Assembly (NCBI RefSeq): GCF_000327385.1
Contig: NW_008708401.1
Coordinates: 437,969 to 501,968, forward strand
Source of the DNA: Lottia gigantea
Lineage: Eukaryota
DNA: 64,000 bases
Direction: 5' to 3'
Both the position numbers and the translations under genes were made by a program. The notes beneath the pieces were generated by a model that was not told where the DNA came from, searched no databases, and saw only the letters and a program-made list of their open reading frames with translations. Shown here piece by piece: positions 10,363 to 20,232 of this stretch. Numbering within the stretch: position 1 is the stretch's first letter; the number at the start of each line of letters is the position of its first letter.

Positions 10363-13300
10363 ATGAGAGGACTGGTATTTCTGTTAATTTCGCTGTGTGT
10401 CGTGGCTACATTGGCCCGGCCCAATTTAAAAAAGAGGCAGACATTAAAAGGTAATTGAATATTACTTTCAAAATTAGGTGCTTTCTGTATTAGCAATTGA
10501 AATACTTTCACCATAACGCTATCTGTATAGGAACCTAGAAATTATTGTATGCGTATTCAATATCATTTAATCCCAATGTGATATTTCACTGATTTGTCAT
10601 GTTCCTTTTGAGATTTTGACGACTGTATAGTATTAAAAGTAAATTCTTGAAACCATGTCCAAAAACTGCATTGCATTTGAAATCCAATGTAGTAATGATG
10701 TTTGTGAGTTTATGTGTGTGTGTGTCGCTAGTACGACAGGGCAAGCTCACACTTCTGGCTTCTGATACATCTGATGCCATTCCACGCTTAGGTTTGTCAA
10801 CTGGAGAGATTGAGAGAGATAGTCCACAGAGCCGCCGTGTGTCACCATGCGTTTTGGTATTGTGAACTTGGCAGTCTTTTCCAACAGAGAGTATACATAA
10901 CTCTGCTAGTGGAAAAGACTGTCCGTGAGGTTTGTTACTAGTAATTTTGTGGACAAGACTATCGCCATTCTGCGACTAATTGGGTTTAAAATCTAAGATC
11001 CAAGATCCTAGTCCAAAAAACGTAATTTAATTTCTGCTCAGCTTTTCCAATGATGAAATATAATTGTCATACGGTTTGCCACACAAAAAGTTTTCTGAAC
11101 ACGAACACGATTTGGTGTTTCTTCTAAAAGAAATGATTATAATTGTACTAAAAAGTGTGAAATTACATGTATATAGTTCAGTAAGAGGAGTGTACAGTAA
11201 TTAATCTCTGTTAATTATAATTAATTGATGATGTAAGATCGTGACCCCTCGGGGGCCATATCACCAATTATTGACCTCTACATACTTCTTTACTGAAATG
11301 TTGTATAACATAAAAAAATAACATCATTGCCATGTGCACACTCTAAAAGGAATATTAAATAGGCGAATTAGTGACCTTAACATACTTCTTTTCACTCATT
11401 TGCATTGCGATGTGCAGTCTATAAAAATGAATACATGTACATGTATTGAGTAAATGAATGTTTCCGGAAGTTACACAAGTTCTGAATCGGTAAAAGTGTG
11501 TTCTTTAGCAACAGATAGATGTGATAAACATCATAAAACGTTGCTAAAAGAACATGTACATTAACTACAAGCTATAATGTCTCTCTGAAAGGGTCCTTGA
11601 GTAGACAACCCCAGTGATATCAGGTGTTTCAGAAGGGTGCGTTTGCTATACCCTGCTAGCGAATACACTATAATAGTACAGGCTATAGATATATACATGT
11701 GAATAATTATCTCCTCCACCCAGACGACAATTTTGTCTGCAGTTATGATATTGATCATACTATAATTGAGACAAATATAAATTGTATTTTAGCAAATATC
11801 ATCTTCTTGGGTCAAGGTTTGTCAAATTTTTTAAAGAGAAGAATATTTTATCAGATTAGCAATAAGGTGCCACGGGGCAGTGGAAATGGTTTTATTGCTG
11901 AAGAGCACAAGGCTGTTTTGAAACAATTTAGGCAAATTGGCCTTTGATTGACCCCGTGTTGACCGTGTATTGTTTATTATGAATATTGATTTGTTGTTTA
12001 TTGATGATCATCTATAGTAAACAACTTAAAACATTCTACACACAAATCTAATTGGTCAACAAAAAATTGTTTGGGATTTCTAAAAAAATTAAATGTCTGA
12101 AAATGTTTAAAACATTTTAATTGGTGACATTGATTTACAGAAATGTTCAAGATTCCTAAAAAATTTTTAAAATGTCTCATCTTTTGTTTCAATCAAGTGG
12201 TTGGGTGGGGAACGGATGAGGATGTATCTTGTTCCCGAGTGAGAACTTGATTGAAAATAAATTTTCACCCAAACCTACACTCCTTTCTCATCCGATTGTA
12301 CTACATGTTTTCCATAGATCTACTTGTTCAGATTTCTACGGGGATGTTAACTCGACTCGCCCCCTCACCCAGTCATTCATTGAAACGCCACTGGTTAAAA
12401 ATTTTACTTTGTTATCTACATCAGAGAGTCTTTTCTTTTGATAATTTGAGTAAATCACAGGGCTGTGTATTCATATGCTTGATTTTTTTTTATTTCAGAC
12501 ATTGTAAAGAATGAATTAAACAGACAAAAAAGACAAATAACCAGAGGTAAGGAAATGGATTACGTCAAATCAACTAATTAAAATGACATTAGTAAACATA
12601 ACAATTCATAGAAGTAGTTGCTACTCAGAGAGTTACATGTCGGAGATTGCATTAGGACGTATATTTTGGATCCTAAAGGGGCACCTAGTTCGTGCGGTAC
12701 CTGTTTACTGCTTCTACCAATGGTAGTATATATCGAAAATGTTTGATTCTTTCAGGAAACTTAGTCAAAGATGGATCTGAAAGCGCAACTCAAAATGGTA
12801 AGTACAAGCTGAGTTCCAGAAAAGGATCAGGGTAACGGCATAGACAGGAGGATGAGGTATCTTCTCTCCAAAACATATGCAACCCTTGATTGAGGGAGAA
12901 GAATGGTTAAACAGCTTTGGCGGGAGGGTAGGGAATCGCCTCTTCAAAACGTCTGAAATTAGATTTCTTTATTGAGGGGAGGGGCTGATTAAATGACGAT
13001 GGTGATGATGATTCTTAACCAATTCCTTTAAAACGACACAGATTATTTGAGTAACTACTTTTATCATATTGTAAATTTCATTTTAGATTTTCTTCCAACA
13101 TCAGAAGCCGTTGTTTCTCCCCCAGAAACTGAGATTAAGCCAACGAGCGACCCTTCTGCATCTTCAGCTACTGACGTTCCTTTCCATTTACCACAGGACT
13201 TCAATGGTGAACCACTACATGCTGTAGAAAAGTCTCCATCGAACGTTTCTCCTTTCGGTCGAATGCCAGGACCCATGGGTGGTATGCCAGGACCAATGGG

Positions 13301-15541
13301 CGGTATGCCAGGACCAATGTCAGGACCAATGGGCGGTATGCCAGGACCAATGGGCGGTATGCCAGGACCAACGGGCGGTATGCCAGGACCAATGTCAGGA
13401 CCAATAGGCGGTATGCCAGGACCAATGTCGGGACCTATGGGTGGTATGCCAGGACCTATGGGTGGTATGCCAGGACCAATGGGGGGTATGCAAGGACCAA
13501 TGGGAGGTATGCCAGGACCAATGGGCGGTATGCCAGGACCAATGGGCGGTATGCCAGTACCAATGTCGGGACCAATGGGTGGTATGCCAGGACCAATGGG
13601 TGGTATGCCAGGACCAATGGGCGGTATGCCAGGACCAATGGTAGGTATGCCAGGACCAATGGGTGCAATGCCAGCTGATTTCCAAGGACCAAGTGGAGCA
13701 TGGGTTGATCAATCGAAATTGATGGCACAACAACAGCAAGGTGATATGGGTAAGATTCAGAATGCACAGAAGAAATTCATGGAGAAACTGATTGCTATTA
13801 AAACTGGAACCAATGGAACTGCTAATATGACTGACGAGGAGAAGAAGCAATTCTTGATGAAGGATGGTATGCCTCCAATGACACCTTGTAAGTATTAAAA
13901 ATTTCGTAGAAAGAAATAAGCAGCGTATCGTGAACTTTTATTATTGGAAGCATGTTCTCACTTTTTGTGGTATGCAGGCAGATGTGTCAGTTAGATTGTG
14001 TATTGATTTATTTGTGCTGTTTTCTATTTTCAGTACAATCAGCAGTAGGACATGAAGCTGAAATGGTTCAAAACATGATAGAATACGAGAAACAGTTAGC
14101 TCAAGCCCAACATTCTGTATTAAAACAATTTTATACTGACGTTTTAACAAGGTAGGTTCGCCATGCACACTCTTATGGAAAACCTGATGCCACTCTTTTA
14201 TTTTTGACAGTGGTTTCAAACTTAATCAACTACATATATTATCAGATGCATCAGCCGATCTGTTTTTAAAAGGGTCCATCTCCTCTCCTGTGCTTTGAAT
14301 ATTATTTTGAATAAAAATATTATGATTAAAAATAAATGTTAATGTTCCAAGCACGTTAAGGTAGCTTATTGGAGAAGTCAGATCGGCAGCTTATTGTATT
14401 ATATAATTGACTTATAAAAGAGCTTCGTATGCTGACAATACGCGTTTCGGATACAAGACCCTCACTAAGACAGAAGTTTTAGGAATAGAAGTTTAATTTC
14501 AATACAGGACAACAGATACCAGTAAAAATCTCTTATCCGTGCACAGTCCAAAAACAAAATAATGTACATAGTATTACAGAAAAAGTCAAAAGCAGTGGCT
14601 CAACATTATGTGTGGGGACCGTGGACATTTTTTTTTGCAACATATGCTGCTCTCCTATATTCTGAGACCTTGGTCGGGTTCTGGCATAAGTTGTGAACCA
14701 ATTTATATCATTGTTTGTTATCCTTTAGGATACTTACTTCGGTATATGTTTCTTTGATTTTGTATTTTGTTTTTGTGGTGGGAACGCATGGACTCGGTTC
14801 AACCAGTCCCTATGGCAGCTGATTCACTGGTCACAAGGAAAGGAACAACTGCAAAATTTCTTATTTTACACTTTGATACTTTTCAGCCGTGTTGTGAATA
14901 CCATGTTCAGAAAACGACTGGGAGAAGAGCTCCAAACATTGAAAGCTTTAAATAAAGAAGTTGAAAAAGCTCGAAAATCCATGGCTGGTATGCCTCAACA
15001 ACAACTTGGAGTAGTTCCTCAGCCAATGATGGGTGGTCCTCAAGGAATAATGATGGACCCAAGAGCTGCTATGATGAGTCAATCAGCTATGATGGGCCAA
15101 ATGGATCCTAGAGCCGCTATGATGGGCAAAATGGATCCTAGAGCCGCTATGATGGGCCTAATGGATCCTAGAGCAGCTATGATGGGCCAAATGGATCCAA
15201 GAGCTGCTATGATAAGTCAACCACCTATGATGGGCCAAATGGATCCAAGAGCGGCTATGATGGGCCCAATGGATCCAAGAGCAGCTATGATGGGCCAAAT
15301 GAACCCAAGAGCAGCTATGATGGGCCCAATGGATCCTAGAGCAGCTATGATGGGCCACATGGGCCCGAGAACAGCTATGATGAACCAGGGATCACCAATG
15401 ACAGACCCAAGAGCAGCAATGCAAATGCAAATGCAAAGAAGACAAATGATGGCTAGACGTCGAATGATGGCTGGAAAACAGGGAGCACCAGGTTCAGCAT
15501 TTGTTGGTAGATTAAGACAAACTATGCAGAAGAAGAAATAA
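10363..15541 (+). CDS. Secreted Met/Gly/Pro-rich tandem-repeat protein, about 553 aa in the minimal model. Exons: 10363-10450 (signal peptide MRGLVFLLISLCVVATLA, then RPNLKKRQTLK), [possible cassette micro-exons 12499-12546 and 12756-12797], 13087-13887 (about 24 MPGPMGG/MPGPMSGP heptad/octad repeats), 14034-14151 (helical spacer), 14887-15541 (about 11 MDPRAAMMG nonamer repeats, R/M-rich C-terminus, stop 15539-15541).
   Basis: The ORF-track entries 13047-13898 and 14873-15541 are joined by phase-consistent GT-AG junctions. The donors are phase 1 at 10450, phase 1 at 13887 and phase 2 at 14151; the matching acceptors are at 13085-13086, 14032-14033 and 14885-14886. Total CDS is 1662 nt. The signal-peptide exon has a classic h-region and ends in donor AAAG|GTAATT. 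AATAAA at 15817-15822. The exon 1 assignment rests on phase, since it is the only upstream signal-peptide exon with a phase-1 donor. Confidence 0.55.
13262..13675 (+). repeat. Coding tandem repeat array with a 21/24-nt period: ggtatgccaggaccaatgggc [tca gga cca atg].
   Basis: About 24 near-identical units encoding MPGPMGG / MPGPMSGPMGG. The periodicity creates long spurious ORFs on the opposite strand. Confidence 0.9.
15040..15365 (+). repeat. Coding tandem repeat array with a 27-nt period encoding MDPRAAMMG(Q/K/L/P), about 11 copies.
   Basis: Direct repeats atggatcc[ta]agagc[ac]gctatgatgggc[cac]aa read in the sequence. Confidence 0.9.
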
Positions 15542-15816
15542 GCAGGATAATAAATCATTAACTTTTAAAAGTCCCATTATGTTTAGCATCAAAGATGTAT
15601 GGAAATAATATTCTTATATTTATTAACTTATTGTTTTGGCATGCTCATACAGACAGTGTTGAACAACACAGCGAAAGAGAGAGCAAAACCTTTCAAATAT
15701 GACCATTAGAAACATTAGATATGAATATCAATTCCATGTATTTTGTAATCCTGTATCTATTGTCGTGTTATGTACTAGTAAGTCTTTAAAATACTCCATT
15801 GAATTTCTTTTGATAA

Positions 15817-15822
15817 AATAAA
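15817..15822 (+). other. AATAAA polyadenylation signal for the Met-rich repeat gene.
   Basis: Canonical hexamer about 275 nt downstream of the stop codon. Confidence 0.4.
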
Positions 15823-16231
15823 GATAAATAAATATCTCCCCAAAGAATACAAAGCCCCGTTCATTCCAATGTCGGCATGTGGATTCTGTTCGTAAGCATG
15901 CAAGCGTATTAATTGTTTAGTGTACGTATATGTTTCGTGTTTCAAAGTAATAGGACTCCTTATGATACTAATGCGTCCATGTCAGACGTACCAATTTAAG
16001 TAAATTTTTTGTGTGTTTTATTAGTTTGTTCTGATCAAAAACTGTAAACATTAGTATATTTATAGTCAACTGTAGCAATGTATTGTATATTAATCATATA
16101 ATTAAAATGTTATATGCACAATTTCGTTTCCAGTTACTTAAATCGCCATGTTTTTCGCTCCTTTATGTCATCTTATTGGGTTCAAATTTTGAAATGTGGC
16201 ATATTTTCGAGATGCCATTTTTTCAAAAGAA

Positions 16232-16545
16232 AGGGATCTTCAAGAGATTGTAAAGAGGTTTTCTAAATTTTTATGTGTATTGATGACACTGATAGCATCG
16301 ATTTGCACCATTCCAATTTTCAATCAGAAGTTCCTGCAATTCCACTGAAACTATGGAGAAACTAAGTATTTGATGGCGCCACTAATCGCAAAATTTGCTG
16401 TACAACAAGGCTTTTCGTAAAGGGTAAAGTCATCGAACGCTTAGTTTTAGTGGAATTGCAGGAACCACGGATGTCTGATTGAAAATTGGAATGGTGTCCC
16501 CGAAACACATAAAAAAATTTTGAAAACCTCTTTACAATCCGTTTA
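16232..16545. mobile_element. Foldback/MITE-like element: two roughly 110-bp inverted arms (16237-16345 and 16425-16540) around a roughly 80-bp loop.
   Basis: The left arm ...attgtaaagaggttttctaaatttttatgtgt...caccattccaattttcaatcaga...gttcctgcaattccactgaaacta is the reverse complement (about 85% identity) of the right arm ...tagttttagtggaattgcaggaac...tctgattgaaaattggaatggtg...acacataaaaaaattttgaaaacctctttacaatc. Single-arm copies of the same family lie at 25880-26040 and 35745-35835. Confidence 0.6.
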
Positions 16546-19342
16546 AGGACTGGTCTACTTCTGAGTCGCCTTCATATGGAAAGCTATGTAAAGGCGTACG
16601 TGTTCATTCTGATTTAACATATTGTAAATGTTTTAAAGGTGCCAAAATATTCCATGACAAATTTCAAAAGAAAAGTAAGGTCTACATTACCGATCTGGAA
16701 ATGATTTGAGTTGTCAACCTATATAAACTCTGGAAATGATTTGAGTTGTCAGTCCATGTAAAACTATGCAAAGATTCTTAGGATAAATGCAAAGAAAACT
16801 TAAGATAAATTTTGTCATAAATATTATATTTTTCAAAATAATATTCCACACTAAAGACGACAGACTTTCACAATTTTATCGTAAAATGTTTTGTGAAATC
16901 GAAATATCTTGGAACACAATACTGATTGTTTTCCTCAATGTGCTTTCTGGAACTAACAGGGGCTTGATATGGTTAGGCAGAGGTATATCCTGATCATTGA
17001 CAATTTATAAGGAAATAAATATCAAGAAAACAAATTCTTTAATAAAATATAAATTTCTACAAAACAAAACAACAGAGATTCAAAGAATAGATTGGTGTAT
17101 GGCAGTGGGGATAGAGAGGCTAAAAGTGGTTTATACCTCCAATCGTAACCTCACTTCATTTCCGACATATTTAGAAATATGATTTTTATAGGTTTGTCTC
17201 GAAAACAGAAATTCAATAATTGGGGGTGTGTTCTTGGTGTCTTCAGGGGAAGTCACCAGGACGGATGTGCTTGGAGTCTTGGGGATTGTTTTCCAATTTC
17301 CAGTACAATGTGAGAACATGCAATCTAATCAAGATGCAGATTAAATGTTTGTTTTGTGTGATTTTTGCTGCGGTGGGTTACTTCTATCTGCATTAAATCA
17401 CAATGCGAAACGATATATTGTTGATATTGGCAGCTGCACTCTGCATCGGTGGCGCTTCTACGATGGCGGGGCAGGTTCAATGTTGTGGACGAGAGTGAGG
17501 GTTGGCTTCGGCTTCCCAAGACGCGCATATTAGTAGAAATAAAGTTCCGAAAAAGTTAAACTGGAATGGTGACTGTCTCTTTATTAGATGGACAACTGTT
17601 ATCAAATCAATTCACAATTTTTCTGACAGTTAGTCTCTTGACACTCATTCTTATTTTCACTCCTCGCAGTGGGGCTGGATGAGAGAGGCTACTTAAAGTC
17701 TGTGAGATCACAGAAAAGCTGAACCCCTTTCAGAAGACTTAGATTCACCATCGTTCACATATGGTAAGGCATCCTAAAACGGAAGTTGGTGAGGCACACT
17801 TTGCTGGAGCTTGACCGGAAGTGTTGTTTGTTTCTGGCCGAAGTATCTTTAACTCACATCAACTATAACCATTCCGACCATGTCCATTCATCAGCACGAA
17901 ATAATCTCCACATATAAAAACAATTCACAGCGACCATCTGAACAACCCTTCCAAATAGTAATTCAGTCGGCCATTTGTGGTGCACGCTTGGCAACCATTG
18001 CTTTAACAAAGTTTGTCCGCTAATTTCAGAGAGGAAAATATAAGTTATTTGAGTAAACATGAATATCAGTGACAGTCTAATAAATAATGGCGATCTCCAT
18101 GGTGATAAAGTTTGCATGATATCTTCTTCAGTTGTTATATCCAATTCCTGTAAGAAAAAATGAAATACACAGGTAAATAACTCTTATAGTGTCATAACTA
18201 GATGAGGGCCCGTAGACTTAAATGGATTGGTGCTCTCCTGCATTTTTTTGGTAGTGGGGCCCCCCTTAAATGGTTCAACCAGTCTCTATGGTAGTTGAAG
18301 CCACTGAGCTCTATCAATCGCCGCTATTGGCCGATAAACTACGCTCGTATGTCCTCTAAATTATAGCCCATAGGCGTAGCTGCACCAACCTGCCCAGCCA
18401 GCAGGTCTTTAATACGTACGCCTATGTTGTAGCCAGTGAGGTTTTGCCAAATTTGGCTATTTTCATTGAGAAAATTCTCAACAAACTAACGATCCATATC
18501 GAAACAACACCCATAAAAAGGGACATTTTATATCTGACCCTAAACGTGCAGAAACCAGATTTGTCGGGGTACCCTTTAGCATAAGGTTTTGTTTCGTTAC
18601 CATTGAATTTTTGTCCTATTTCCCCAAGGACTATTTATATAGCCTTGCATAATAGAGGTATAAATACATTACATAAACATATTATGCATACTAACTCTAT
18701 GCTTAGCATAGATTTTGTATTATTGTACTTGTATGTGTGTGTCATCGCGATCGAATATATATTAACATACTGGGTGGCGATGGTCTGATATGTATACAAT
18801 GTACAACTACCTCAAGATGGCGTTATAAAGCCAGCAGACGATAGGCCTATTTCAACCTATTAACTAATTGCTACTTTCAGTTTCATTACTAGTCAGTCTG
18901 CCATTTTCTGTTCTTTTTGCAAGAAAATATATCCGGGATCCGAGATCTATTTAGACTAGAGTGCGGCCTAGATGGCTGGAAAGGAAACCCTCATCAGCAT
19001 CGAATTAACAGATAATGATAATAGATAACAGAGATAATGATATAGAGAAGTTTATGTCGAATCTCATATTTAAAGCGGAAATAGTATTATAAATACTGGT
19101 AAGGAATAGTTTATCTAGCTTTATTAAATCAGATGATGTACTGACGAGTTATGAGACTCGGAATTACCTCTGAATTTCTTTATACATGTTATTCATTTAA
19201 TCGAAGCAGATAATTTATGATTCGTAGTAACATTGGTGACTTCAAATTAAAGATGGTTGAGCTAAGAGTGCTAGCTTCAAAATAACGAGAGCTACATATC
19301 ACAAAATGTGAACTAGCAGTCCAATTTCCACGTAAGACATAT

Positions 19343-20090
19343 CACACCGCTAATATCTTAATGATGAGACATTTGACCTGGGACTAATTACACCACTAAT
19401 ATCTGAATGGTGAGACATTTGACCTGGGACTAATTACACCACTAATATCTGAATGGGGAGACATTTGACCTGGGACTAATTACACCACTAATATCTAAAT
19501 GGGGAGACATTTGACCTGGGACTAATAACACCACTAATATCTAAATGGGGAGACATTTGACCTGGGACTAATTACACCACTAATATCTGAATGGTGAGAC
19601 ATTTGACCTGGGACTAATTACACCACTAATATCTAAATGGGGAGACATTTGACCTGGGACTAATCACACCACTAATATCTAAATGGGGAGACATTTGACC
19701 TGGGAGTAATTACACCATTAATATCTAAATGGGGAGACATTTGACCTGGGACTAATTACACCACTAATATCTAAATGGGGAGACATTTGACCTGGGACTA
19801 ATCACACCACTAATATCTAAATGGGGATACATTTGACCTGGGAGTAATTACACCATTAATATCTAAATGGGGAGACATTTGAGCCTTTGACTAATTACAC
19901 CACTAATATCTGAATGGGGACACATTTGACCTGGGACTAATCACACCACTAATATCTGAATGGTGAGACATTTGACCTGGGACTAATCACACCACTAATA
20001 TCTAAATGGGGAGACATTTGACCTGGGACTAATTACACCACTAATATCTGAATGGTGAGACGTTTCACCTAGGACTAATTATACCACCAA
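19343..20090. repeat. Minisatellite of about 15 tandem copies of a 49-bp unit (acaccactaatatct[ga]aatgg[tg]gagacatttgacctgggactaatt), ending about 140 bp upstream of the IFIT-like coding exon.
   Basis: Head-to-tail units with only single-base variants, visible across 19343-20090. Confidence 0.9.
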
Positions 20091-20232
20091 AACTTATTAC
20101 AGCCGAAAGCTTAGTTGAAGAAAAATTTAAGATTGCCATCCTGTTTTGATTGAACTCTGTCCATAGTTGCACAATCAACAATCTATTTTTCATTCTTTTT
20201 TTCTCTATTTTAGGTAACCTGAAGTTAGCAAA

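Noticed and set aside
12229-12514. Two overlapping short + strand ORFs in the first intron of the Met-rich gene.
   Set aside because: There is no domain signal and they are AT-rich. Only the 48-nt segment 12499-12546 shows exon-like flanks, and that is reported separately as a candidate micro-exon.
19343-20090. Regular 49-bp direct-repeat array that looks superficially like a CRISPR locus.
   Set aside because: The units are contiguous with no unique spacers, the context is an intron-containing eukaryotic genome, and there are no cas genes. It is a minisatellite.
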